From positions 1,412,305 through 1,476,304 of the forward strand of contig JAWKIR010000002.1 in NCBI GenBank assembly GCA_041394245.1: a stretch of 64,000 nucleotides of DNA, read 5' to 3'. The translations under genes were made by a program, and so were the position numbers. Shown piece after piece: positions 1 to 8,685 of the stretch (position 1 is the stretch's first letter; the number at the start of each line of letters is the position of its first letter). The notes below the pieces were generated by a model. It did not search any database. It was not told the DNA's origin and worked only from the letters and a program-made list of their open reading frames with translations. The stretch is from Acidimicrobiales bacterium. Lineage in GTDB: Bacteria > Actinomycetota > Acidimicrobiia > Acidimicrobiales > Aldehydirespiratoraceae.

Positions 1-1
1 C

Positions 2-388
2 CGCCACGACCAGGACGTGCCCGACGATGCCCGCGCCGTGCGGATGGCAGCCCACAACACGGCCCGCTGGGACCGGTCGAGGGCCCAGACACAGGCGAAG
101 CTGGATCTGATCGAGCAACTCCTCGAACTCTCGGCCGATGCCGGCGTGCCGCTGACCCACCTGGCCACGGCATGGGCCGCCGAGCACCCGGCCGTCTCGA
201 GCGTCATCATCGGCCCCCGCACGCCCGAACAGCTCGAGGACGCACTCGCCTCGGCCGACGTGCGGCTCGACGAGGGCGTGCTCGACGCGCTCGACGAGCT
301 GCTGCCCCCGGGTCTCGACATCGACACGGTCGACACCAACCGGCCCGAGCCCCACATGGCGCCGCACGCCCGGCGGCGGCGTCGCTGA
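2..388 (+). CDS. aldo/keto reductase, C-terminal fragment (5' end lies outside the window)
   Basis: The frame is open from the window edge. The ...LTHLATAWAAEHPAVSSVIIGPRTPEQLEDAL... tail is typical of AKR C-termini. Confidence 0.7.
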   Translation, partial: RHDQDVPDDARAVRMAAHNTARWDRSRAQTQAKLDLIEQLLELSADAGVPLTHLATAWAAEHPAVSSVIIGPRTPEQLEDALASADVRLDEGVLDALDELLPPGLDIDTVDTNRPEPHMAPHARRRRR

Positions 389-413
389 TCAGGGGCTGCT
401 CACGACCTGATCA
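386..413. terminator. hairpin spanning both stop codons of convergent genes
   Basis: TGATCAGG (386-393) pairs perfectly with CCTGATCA (406-413) around a 12-nt loop. The arms contain the TGA of the + gene and the TGA (tca) of the - gene. There is no U-tract. Confidence 0.3.
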
Positions 414-842
414 GTAGCCCGAGATGTAGTTGGTCAGCTGGCGGGTCTCGGTCTCGAGAGTGCGCACCCGGGCGTTGACGACGTCGCCGATGCTGACGAT
501 CCCGATCAACTCGCCGTCGTCGGTGACCGGGACGTGACGGAAGCGCCGCTCCGTCATCTCGGTCATCAATTGCTCGATGGTCGCGGTCTCGCTGCAGGTG
601 ACGACCTCCCGGGTCATCACCTCTTGCGCCGTCCGGTCGACGGCGTCGCGACCGTGTGCGGCCAGCGCCCGGACGACGTCGCGCTCGGAGATGATCCCGT
701 CGACACGGCGACCGTCGCCCGACACCACGAGGGCACCGACGCCGACGCGAGCGAGCGCCTCGACCACCTCCGTGATCGTCGCTGCGGGGTCGACGGTCGC
801 GACCGCGTTTCCCTTGCGCCGCAGGACTTCGCTGATCAGCAT
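411..842 (-). CDS. CBS-pair domain protein
   Basis: Start taken at MLISEVLRRKG (cat at 840-842). Two CBS repeats are visible (..GALVVSGDGRRVDGIISERDVV.. and ..RHVPVTDDGELIGIVSIGDVV..). Confidence 0.8.
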   Translation of the reverse strand: MLISEVLRRKGNAVATVDPAATITEVVEALARVGVGALVVSGDGRRVDGIISERDVVRALAAHGRDAVDRTAQEVMTREVVTCSETATIEQLMTEMTERRFRHVPVTDDGELIGIVSIGDVVNARVRTLETETRQLTNYISGY

Positions 843-966
843 GGTCTCCAGTGTGACACAGGTCACGTCTTCTGTCAGGAGCATGAACGGGGAGCGGGGC
901 AAGGTCCGAAGTGACAGCGATTTCGGCGGCGGATAGTTTCACATCACCGGCCGTCCGGGGGGACAG

Positions 967-2362
967 ATGCAGCATCGACGACGATTGCGCGGGTTCTGGG
1001 TGGCGGTCGCGACCGCCCTGATGGCGACCGGTTGCCTGGTCGGCCCCATCACCGGGCCTGGACAGAGCTCGCTCTCGACCGGCATCGACGTCGCCGACGT
1101 CGGCTATCAACGAGCCGAGTTCTTTCTCGGTGGCCTGGCCAGCAGCTATGGCAGCGATTCTCCGCTGTCGGCCGACGGAGTCTGGACGGTCACTCCCGAC
1201 GAGCGCCAGGAGCTCTTCTTCACCCGACTCGTGGCCTTGACGCCGACCGATCCGGCCGACTTCAGCGGCACCGTCATCGTCGAATGGATGAACGTGACAT
1301 CCGGGACCGACATCGCGGTCGACTGGCAGATGGCGCACAACAACGTGGTGCGGTCGGGCCATGCCTATGTGGCCGTCACCGCGCAATCCGTCGGGGTCAA
1401 CAACATGCTGGTGACCGACCCGTCGCTACAACAAGCTCAGCCATCCCGGCGACAGCTTCAGCTACGACATCTTCAGCCAGGCCGGGCGGGAGGTCCGGGA
1501 GAACCCGGCACTGCTCGGCGGGCTCGAACCGGAGTACGTGATCGCCACCGGCGAGTCGCAGTCGGCCAGCCGCATGATGACCTATGTCAACGCCGTCCAT
1601 CCGATCGCCGATGTGTTCGACGGGTTCATGATCCACAGCCGCGGCATCAGCGGGTCGTCGTTGCGGCAGGCACCGCTCGGCCAGATCTCGACGCCGCGAC
1701 CCACCTTCATCAGGGGCGACCTGAACGTGCCGGTCTTCGTGGTGCAGGCCGAGGACGACGTCATCCGGTCCAACACCGAGATCCGTCAGCCCGACACCTC
1801 CCAGTTCCGCATGTGGGAGCTGGCGGGCACCTCCCACATCGGCTCCTACATACTGTCGGCCGGGCCGCGAGATCCGGCCGACGGGACCGGAACCGCGCTG
1901 ATGTTCGACTTCATGCGGAACCCGCAGAGCGTCGGATGCGACAAGCCGGTGAACTCGGGACCGCACTGGTTGCTCCTCCAGGCCGCATTCGACAGCCTCG
2001 ACACGTGGGTACGCGGGGGTGGCGCGCCGCCGACCGCCGACCCGCTCGCGGCGGAATCGACCAGTCCGACCGTGTTGGCCCGGGACGCGATCGGCAACGC
2101 GCTCGGCGGTGTCCGGTCGCCGCACGTCGATGTGCCCATCGCACGGATCGACGGGCTGAACAGCGGCCTCGGGTTCTGTGGCCTCTTCGGCAGTACCACA
2201 CCCTTGACCGACGTCGAGCTGGCGGCCCTCTACCCGACCGCGGCCGATTTCATCACGCCCTGGACCGCCTCGGTCAACGCCGCGATCTCTGCAGGATTCA
2301 TCCTCCCGGTCGACGGGCCGGCTCTCATCGCGGCAGCGCAAGCATCCGGCATCGGCGCTTGA
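967..2362 (+). pseudogene. secreted alpha/beta-hydrolase-domain lipoprotein with the reading frame broken near 1423 (pseudogene or sequencing error)
   Basis: Lipobox LMATGC. The N-terminal part is in frame 1 (to ..VTDP) and continues in frame 2 (RYNKLSHPGDSFSYDIF..GESQSAS..). It is colinear with the intact paralogue at 25046-26638 (..DPTRYAPIEHPGDDFSYDIF..GESQSAG..). Confidence 0.6.
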
Positions 2363-2396
2363 CGGCGTCGACGGCCCACGAGTTCGGTCCGACGGG

Positions 2397-3323
2397 TCAG
2401 ACGACCGTCGAGCGGAACTTCTGCATGAGCCACGGCCCAGCCTCGACGGGCTCGTGCCGCGGCTTCTCGCCCGGTGCGACGCAGCCCGGAAGACACTCGA
2501 TCACCGCGTCCCAGTTGGCCATGTGGAAGAAGGCCATCGACTGACGAGGTTCGGGCCTCGGCACGACCCGATGAACGGTCGAGCGCCAACGATCGTTGGT
2601 CCACTGTGCGATCGAGTCGCCGAGGTTGACCACGAACATCTCCGGGTCGGGCGCGACGTCGACCCATGCACCGTCGGCGTCGACGATCTGCAGGCCCCCG
2701 ATCTCGTCGGTGCGCAGGATGGTGAGCGTGCCGTAGTCGGCATGGGCGCCTGCCCGCAGGGCACCGTCGGTCGGCGGCGCGGCCGGGTAGTGAATGGCCC
2801 GCATCGACGTGATCGGTCGATCGATCAGCGGGTCGAAGTGGTTCGCCGGCAGATCGAGGGCCACGGCCATCACCGACAGCAATCGTGCGGCGACCTCGCT
2901 CAGGGCGCGGTAGTAGGCGACCCAGGCCGACCGCAGCGCCGGGACCGCCGCCGGCCACAAGCTCGGTGACCGGATCCATTCCTGGTCGGGCGCCACGGAC
3001 ACATACGGTCCACAGTCGGGGCCGACCGAGAACGACTCCTTCATGTCGGGACGCGCGTCGACATCGTCGAGCGAACGGGCCAGCGTCTCGTAGCCGTAGG
3101 GCGAGAAGCCGTAGGGGTAGCCGGGTTCGGGGAACTCGACGTCGCGTTTGGCGGGCTCGGGCAGGGCGAAGAACTGCGCCGCCGTGTCCCATGCCGCTGC
3201 GGCGACGTCGGGGGCGACGACCGAGAGCGGAACGCGGAAGAAGCCGAGGCTCTCACAGGCATCGGCCATCACCCGCGCCTGCTCGTCGACGGGCGCCGAC
3301 AGATCGACGACGCCGAGTTCCAT
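2397..3323 (-). CDS. 2-oxoglutarate/Fe(II)-dependent oxygenase (isopenicillin N synthase-like family)
   Basis: Start MELGVVDLS (cat at 3321-3323). Motifs: ..RAIHYP.., ..GAHADYGTLTIL.., ..NLGD..WTNDRWRSTVHRV. The 764-aa track ORF is an over-extension. Confidence 0.8.
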   Translation of the reverse strand: MELGVVDLSAPVDEQARVMADACESLGFFRVPLSVVAPDVAAAAWDTAAQFFALPEPAKRDVEFPEPGYPYGFSPYGYETLARSLDDVDARPDMKESFSVGPDCGPYVSVAPDQEWIRSPSLWPAAVPALRSAWVAYYRALSEVAARLLSVMAVALDLPANHFDPLIDRPITSMRAIHYPAAPPTDGALRAGAHADYGTLTILRTDEIGGLQIVDADGAWVDVAPDPEMFVVNLGDSIAQWTNDRWRSTVHRVVPRPEPRQSMAFFHMANWDAVIECLPGCVAPGEKPRHEPVEAGPWLMQKFRSTVV

Positions 3324-4327
3324 CAGGCGACGGCAGCTTCGATCTCGGCCTTCACCTCGTCGGTGAGCAGCGGGATCACGTCGAGGGCGCCGAAGTTCGA
3401 GACGACCTGCTCGACCTTCGACGCGCCGGTGATCACCGTCGACACCGCCGGATTGAGCGTGCACCACGCCAACGCGAGCTGGGCCATCGTGCACCCGAGT
3501 CGATCGGCGATCGGACGCAGGTTCTCGACCTGCGCCACCGCCTCGGCCGCGGTGAGCCGACCGGCGAGCCACTCGTAGCCGTCGAGCGCGGCACGGGAGT
3601 CGGCGGGGATCCCGTCGCGGTACTTGCCGGTCAACAGCCCCGATGCGAGCGGACTCCAGATCGTGTTGCCGTAGCCGTGGTCGTCGACGAGACGGCGATA
3701 GTTCTTCTCGACGTTCTTGCGCTCGAGCAGGTTGTACTGGCTCTGCTCGGTCACCGGCTTGTGCAGGTGGTGACGCTCGGCGATGTCGATCGCCGCCTGG
3801 ATCTCGTCGGCCCGCCACTCGCTGGTTCCCCAGTAGTGGGCCTTGCCCGCGGCGATGATGTCGCTCATCGCCCACACCGTCTCCTCGATCGGCGTCTCCG
3901 GGTCGGCGCGGTGACAGTAGAGGACATCGACGAAGTCGGTCTGGAGACGTTCGAGCGACGCGTCGATCGCCTGCATCAGGTACTTGCGGTTCAGAGTCAT
4001 CCGCATGTTGGGGACGTCGCCGTGGATGCCCATGAACACCTTGGTGGTGAGCACGTAGGACCAGCGCGGCCATCCCAGTTCCTGCAGCACCCGCCCCATG
4101 ATCGCTTCGCTCTCGCCTCGGGCATAGGCCTCGGCGTTGTCGAAGAAGTTGCAGCCGGCCTCGCCGGCCGCCGCCATGCAGTCGAGCGCCAGCGAGTCGT
4201 CGAGCTGGGTGTCGAACGTGACCCAGCTCCCGAACGAGAGCACGCTGACCTTGAGACCGGTACGGCCGAGGCGCCGGTACTCCATGTTGGGGTTGACCTT
4301 CGGGGTGGTGACAGCAGGTGACGACAT
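3323..4327 (-). CDS. aldo/keto reductase, Kv-beta-subunit-like
   Basis: [21 protein letters not shown].., ..[12 protein letters not shown].., ..YCHRADP... Its TGA overlaps the ATG of the downstream oxygenase by 1 nt (TGATG). The true start may be the internal MEYRR at 4285. Confidence 0.85.
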   Translation of the reverse strand: MSSPAVTTPKVNPNMEYRRLGRTGLKVSVLSFGSWVTFDTQLDDSLALDCMAAAGEAGCNFFDNAEAYARGESEAIMGRVLQELGWPRWSYVLTTKVFMGIHGDVPNMRMTLNRKYLMQAIDASLERLQTDFVDVLYCHRADPETPIEETVWAMSDIIAAGKAHYWGTSEWRADEIQAAIDIAERHHLHKPVTEQSQYNLLERKNVEKNYRRLVDDHGYGNTIWSPLASGLLTGKYRDGIPADSRAALDGYEWLAGRLTAAEAVAQVENLRPIADRLGCTMAQLALAWCTLNPAVSTVITGASKVEQVVSNFGALDVIPLLTDEVKAEIEAAVA

Positions 4328-4388
4328 GCGCCGACCGTAGCCCGGCTGCTACGAATGGCGAACACATCCGTGGCGGACAGAGGAGTCG

Positions 4389-5288
4389 ATGGTGACTGAT
4401 CCCATCCTGCTGAGCACACTCGACATGGCGCGATTCGTCGCCGACGGCTATCTGCGGTTCGATGCCGTCGTTCCCGACGAGCTCAACCGCACCGTCCTCG
4501 AGGAACTGTCGGCCCTGCTCGGCCACCCCTCCGATGATCCCGGCGAGTTCCAACCCCGCTCCGGCACCCCTCTCTCCGAGTGCTACCCGGCCGACAGCGC
4601 GCTGCGTCGCGTCTACGAACTCCCCGAGATCGCCGGCGCGATCCGATCGCTCGTCGGGGCGAACCCCGTCTTCGACCACCACGCGATCCACTTCAATCCG
4701 GCCGGTTCACCTCGCATCCAGGATCTGCACTGCGACGCGGCGATCGACAGTGACGATCCCACGTTCGACATCCAGCTCTTCTACTTCCCCCACGACGTCG
4801 GCGAGGGCGAAGGCGGCACCCGCTTCGTACCGGGCAGCCATCTTCGCAACATCCACGAGAACAGCGTCGCCCGTTATCAGCACATCGCCGGTGAGAAGTT
4901 CTTTACCGGGCCGGCGGGCACGATCCTCGTGTTCCACCAGGGCGTCTGGCACGCAGGCCAGGACAACCCGTCCGGCAACCACCGCTGGATGTTCAAGCTG
5001 CGTCTCAACCCGACGGAACCGCAGGTTCGCCTCTGGGACACCTCCGACTACGACGAGGTGGCGAAGGGTTCCTGGGATCACATGTTCGCGACCACCGCGC
5101 CGGGCGACACGGTCGCCAACGTCCTGCGCAAGATGCATCCCTGGTCCTTCGACGGCGAGTACCGGATCGAGACCATGGAACGTGTCCGCCTCTGGCGTTA
5201 CCTGAGCGACGATCCCTCGTTCGACGTCGACTGGTACCGCACCCGGATCGAGGGTCGTGCCGCCCTGCTCGAAGGGGCGCGGCGGTGA
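4389..5288 (+). CDS. phytanoyl-CoA dioxygenase (PhyH) family Fe(II)/2OG oxygenase
   Basis: ATG preceded by AGAGGAG. HxD-like LHCDAA, a later GVWHAG histidine, and a typical PhyH N-terminus (FVADGYLRFDAVV). Confidence 0.75.
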   Translation: MVTDPILLSTLDMARFVADGYLRFDAVVPDELNRTVLEELSALLGHPSDDPGEFQPRSGTPLSECYPADSALRRVYELPEIAGAIRSLVGANPVFDHHAIHFNPAGSPRIQDLHCDAAIDSDDPTFDIQLFYFPHDVGEGEGGTRFVPGSHLRNIHENSVARYQHIAGEKFFTGPAGTILVFHQGVWHAGQDNPSGNHRWMFKLRLNPTEPQVRLWDTSDYDEVAKGSWDHMFATTAPGDTVANVLRKMHPWSFDGEYRIETMERVRLWRYLSDDPSFDVDWYRTRIEGRAALLEGARR

Positions 5289-5608
5289 GCGTCGAACGCC
5301 AACAGGTCCTCCAGCTCTACACGACGAACTCCTCCTTCGCGAGCCATGTGGTCGCGTGGGCGTTCCACGACGGAACCGACGGCCAAGGGCCGGGCCTCCC
5401 CGACCGAGGCGACTCGCCGCCCTACGTCACCGGACTCGACGCCCTGCGCGACGGCTGGAGACTCCTGCAGATGTCGCAGCTCCTGCCCCCTCGTGAGGGT
5501 GAGCACCACAAGGTGTCGTATCTGCCCTTCGAGTTCCTCCTCGAGCGCGTCGTCGCGGTCGACGAAGCCATCGCGCCGAACGGCGCGCACAATCGCGGCG
5601 TGCACTGA
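5285..5608 (+). CDS. hypothetical protein (107 aa)
   Basis: GTGA overlap with the PhyH stop. Strong G/C third-position bias by eye. No family recognised. Confidence 0.5.
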   Translation: MSVERQQVLQLYTTNSSFASHVVAWAFHDGTDGQGPGLPDRGDSPPYVTGLDALRDGWRLLQMSQLLPPREGEHHKVSYLPFEFLLERVVAVDEAIAPNGAHNRGVH

Positions 5609-5640
5609 GCCGTCGCCTCGTGGCCGTCTCCGTGACACCG

Positions 5641-6774
5641 ATGCTGACGATCCGGGGCGGAACCGTTCTGCTGCCCGCCGGCAGCACCGAACGGACCGAC
5701 GTCGTGTGCCGCGGACCCGTGGTCGAGTCGGTCGGCCGCCACGGCGCGGCGGGCACCGTCGACATCGACGCGGCGGGCGCCCTCGTCCTCCCCGGGCTGG
5801 TCGACATCCACGGCGACGGATTCGAGCGCACGGTGATGCCCCGACCGGGCGTGTTCGTCGATGTCGCCGCTGCGGTCGCGGAGACCCGGAGTCACCTCCT
5901 CGCAGCCGGTATCACGACCGGCTATGTGTCGGTGACCGACGGCTGGGAGCCCGGGCTGCGCAGCCGGGAGACCCTTCGCGACCTGGTCGCCGCGCTGCGG
6001 GGATCGTCAACCGAACGGTGGGGTCCCGAGCTGCGACTCCACGTGCGCCACGAGCGGTGCAACACCGACGACATCGACGAGCTCCTCGGATGGATCGCCG
6101 ACGGCTCGATCACGATGCTGTCCTACAACGACCACACGCCGGGCGGGATCGCCATGGTCGAGGGCATCACCGAGTTGCAGGTGAAACGATCGGGACTCGG
6201 CCAGGACGCACTGGAGGCCGAACAGCGCGCTGCGGTCGCACGCCGGGAGCTGGGACGGGTGCAGGAGGAGCGACTCGCCCGGGCCGCCCACGACGCTTCC
6301 ATCGCCACGGCGAGCCATGACGCATCGAGCGACACCGACCTTCGCCGCGACCTCGCCCTCGGCGTCGACATCGCCGAGTTCCCGCTGTCGATCGAGCTGG
6401 CGCAGCGTTATCGCGACGCCGGGATCGCGATCCTCCTCGGCGCCCCCAACCTCGTGCGTGGCCATTCCCACCTCGGCAACCTGAGCGTGCGCGATGCCTG
6501 GGAGGCAGGCGTCGCCGACCTGATCTGTTCCGACTACCACTACCAGTCGATGCTCCACGCGCCATTCGTGTTGACATCTCTCGGTGCGTCGCTCCACGAG
6601 GCGTGGCACACCGTGTCGCGCGGTCCGGCCGAAGCAGCGGGCCTCTACGACCGTGGCGTGATCGAGGCCGGCGCCCGCGCCGATCTCATCGTGGTCGAAC
6701 CACCCGAATCGAGCCGTCCGGCCCGGGTGCGCGCCGTCGTGGTCGACGGCCGACTCGCGGCACTCACGCCGTGA
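5641..6774 (+). CDS. PhnM-like amidohydrolase (alpha-D-ribose 1-methylphosphonate 5-triphosphate diphosphatase family)
   Basis: Motifs colinear with E. coli PhnM as I remember it: LPGLVDIHGDGFE, SYNDHTPGG, ASHDA, IAEFP, GAPNLVRGHSHLGN, CSDYHYQSML, GARADLIVV. Alternative GTG starts at 5620 and 5632. Confidence 0.75.
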   Translation: MLTIRGGTVLLPAGSTERTDVVCRGPVVESVGRHGAAGTVDIDAAGALVLPGLVDIHGDGFERTVMPRPGVFVDVAAAVAETRSHLLAAGITTGYVSVTDGWEPGLRSRETLRDLVAALRGSSTERWGPELRLHVRHERCNTDDIDELLGWIADGSITMLSYNDHTPGGIAMVEGITELQVKRSGLGQDALEAEQRAAVARRELGRVQEERLARAAHDASIATASHDASSDTDLRRDLALGVDIAEFPLSIELAQRYRDAGIAILLGAPNLVRGHSHLGNLSVRDAWEAGVADLICSDYHYQSMLHAPFVLTSLGASLHEAWHTVSRGPAEAAGLYDRGVIEAGARADLIVVEPPESSRPARVRAVVVDGRLAALTP

Positions 6775-7283
6775 CCTCGGCCGAGCTCATCCTCTACGCG
6801 ACGCCGACCGGGCCACTCGCCACCGCGCTCGCCGAGGTCTTCGGCCGGATCACCGAACGCGGGGCGACGACCGCGCAGGACTATCCCCCGCACTGCACGC
6901 TCACCGGCTTCTTCCACCGCCATCACGACGAGATCCCGCGCATCGTCGCGGAACTCGACCACGCGGCCACCACGATGGACGGCCCCGTCGGCGGCGTCGA
7001 GATCGTCGACTTGCACCACCGTCCCGACTGGGTCGGACTGGAACTCGCCTCCGATTGGCTCCATCGGCTCACGGCGCGCTTCGTCGAACTCCACACGGTC
7101 GACAGCACCGACGACCCGCTCCGTCCGAAGGACTGGCTCCATCTGAGCATCGGCTACGGCGTCGACGACCTGCAGGCCGCCGTCGATGCAACCGACGATC
7201 TCGACATCGGCCTGGCCTGCGGGTGGGAGGTCGGGATCTGGCAGCGTCATCCCGACGGCGTCTGGTCGCGGCCGGGTCGCTGA
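6771..7283 (+). CDS. 2H (LigT-like) phosphoesterase superfamily protein
   Basis: GTGA overlap with the PhnM-like stop. Two H-x-T/S motifs (PPHCTLTGF and WLHLSIGY) lie about 90 aa apart in a 170-aa protein. Confidence 0.6.
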   Translation: MTSAELILYATPTGPLATALAEVFGRITERGATTAQDYPPHCTLTGFFHRHHDEIPRIVAELDHAATTMDGPVGGVEIVDLHHRPDWVGLELASDWLHRLTARFVELHTVDSTDDPLRPKDWLHLSIGYGVDDLQAAVDATDDLDIGLACGWEVGIWQRHPDGVWSRPGR

Positions 7284-7318
7284 CGGCGATTCCTGCTCGT
7301 TCTCTAGACTCTGGCGCC

Positions 7319-8125
7319 ATGAGCGACGCCAGCCCCGATGATCGCGTCGAACGGCTTCGGTCGCGGCGTGAACCCCCACCGCTCGTCCCCGTGACGGTGG
7401 TCGAGCGGGTCGAGGTCACCCCGCGGCTCCTCCGGCTCACGTTCGAGGCTGCCGGTATCGACGCGATGTGCGCCGAACCGGCCGCCAGCGTTCGGCTCCT
7501 CGTCCCGTCTCCGGGAACGACAGAGCTGATCCTTCCCACATGGAACGGCAACGAGTTCCTGCTGCCCGGCGACGTGCGACCCGCGTTGCGCACGTTCACC
7601 CCGCTCGCGGCCGGGGCACCCGATCGGCTCGCCCTCGAGATCGTCCGTCACGCCGGCGGCGTGGTGTCGCAATGGGCGGAACACGCCGCGGTGGGCTCCC
7701 CCGCGGCCCTCTCGGGGCCGGGACGGGGTGCGGAGTTCTCGCCCGATGCGACAACGTTCCATCTCCTCGGCGACGAAACCGCGGTACCGGCGATCGCGCA
7801 ACTACTCGATCGTCTCGCTCCCACGACGACGATCACGGTGACGGCCGAAGTCGATCGGGACGAGGCGATCCGCCCCCTTCCCCCACACCCCGGGGCGACG
7901 GTCGAGTGGGTCGTGCGGCAGCAGGGCGAGGCGCCCGGTGCACGGCTCGTCGCCGCCGCGAGCGAGCTTGCCGAGATCACCGGGACCACCCACGTCTGGG
8001 CGGCCGGCGAGGCCGCGTCGATGCAGGCGATCCGCAAGCTGCTCTTCGATCGACGCGGCGTCGCCCGATCACAGACGACGATCCGCGGCTACTGGAAGCC
8101 CGAGCGGACCGCCGATCAGGACTGA
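7319..8125 (+). CDS. siderophore-interacting protein / FAD-binding ferric reductase family (SIP, ViuB-like)
   Basis: ..RTFTP.. FAD motif, ..HLLGDETAVPAI.., ..VWAAGEAASMQAIRK..RGYWK. Confidence 0.75.
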   Translation: MSDASPDDRVERLRSRREPPPLVPVTVVERVEVTPRLLRLTFEAAGIDAMCAEPAASVRLLVPSPGTTELILPTWNGNEFLLPGDVRPALRTFTPLAAGAPDRLALEIVRHAGGVVSQWAEHAAVGSPAALSGPGRGAEFSPDATTFHLLGDETAVPAIAQLLDRLAPTTTITVTAEVDRDEAIRPLPPHPGATVEWVVRQQGEAPGARLVAAASELAEITGTTHVWAAGEAASMQAIRKLLFDRRGVARSQTTIRGYWKPERTADQD

Positions 8126-8685
8126 TCTTCGGGTGCCTCGGGGCGGGCGTCGGGCCCGTCGAGATCACCCAGCGCCTCGGCCAGACGCTCGATCATGCCC
8201 TCTTCGAGGTTCGCGTAGACCAGATGCGATCCGGTGAACCGGCGGGCCTCCTCGACGAGTGCGTCGTCGCGGAGGTCGGTGACCAGGAGCGCGACGATCG
8301 CCGACCCGGGGACGACGGCCTGGCGGAACCACTCGACCCACTCGTCGGAGATGCCGAGGTCGATCACCTTCGCGGCGATGGCGCCGGCACCGGCACCAGC
8401 GGCGATGCCTGCGGCCCAGCCGACGGGGCCGCCGATGATCAGCCCGACGAGCCCGGCCCACATCGCCCCGGAGACGGCACTGCGCCCGCTCTGGAGGTCG
8501 GTGGTCTCGACGACCTTGGTGTCGCCCTTCTCGTCCTTGACGATCAGTACCCGATCGTCGAGCACGAGATCACCGCGGGCGGCCATGCCGACGGCCGCAG
8601 TCATGAACTCCTGGGCGCGGTACAGGTCGTCGAACGAGATCCCGACCAGCGTCTGTTGTTTGCCCTCGCTCGCGTCGGCGGTCAT
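8116..8685 (-). CDS. DUF1269-type membrane protein
   Basis: Start MTADASE (cat at 8683-8685). Central Gly-rich TM segment (GAMWAGLVGLIIGGPVGWAAGIAAGAGAGAIAA) flanked by two soluble halves. ATGA overlap with the upstream BVMO. Confidence 0.6.
   Translation of the reverse strand: MTADASEGKQQTLVGISFDDLYRAQEFMTAAVGMAARGDLVLDDRVLIVKDEKGDTKVVETTDLQSGRSAVSGAMWAGLVGLIIGGPVGWAAGIAAGAGAGAIAAKVIDLGISDEWVEWFRQAVVPGSAIVALLVTDLRDDALVEEARRFTGSHLVYANLEEGMIERLAEALGDLDGPDARPEAPEDQS

Noticed and set aside
1412-1426. Programmed ribosomal frameshift at the break in the hydrolase gene.
   Set aside because: There is no slippery heptamer and no downstream pseudoknot-like structure, and the intact paralogue is encoded in one frame. 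Mutation or a sequencing error is the simpler explanation.
2397-4691. Very long track ORFs that fuse neighbouring genes or extend far upstream (2397-4691, 49644-52877, 11401-13800, 17014-19143, 22793-25042, 39905-41719, 47591-49621, 55404-57296).
   Set aside because: The family-like sequence begins at an internal Met/Val with an RBS or a stop-start overlap. The upstream parts are Arg/Pro-rich read-through overlapping other real genes. I trimmed the coordinates accordingly.
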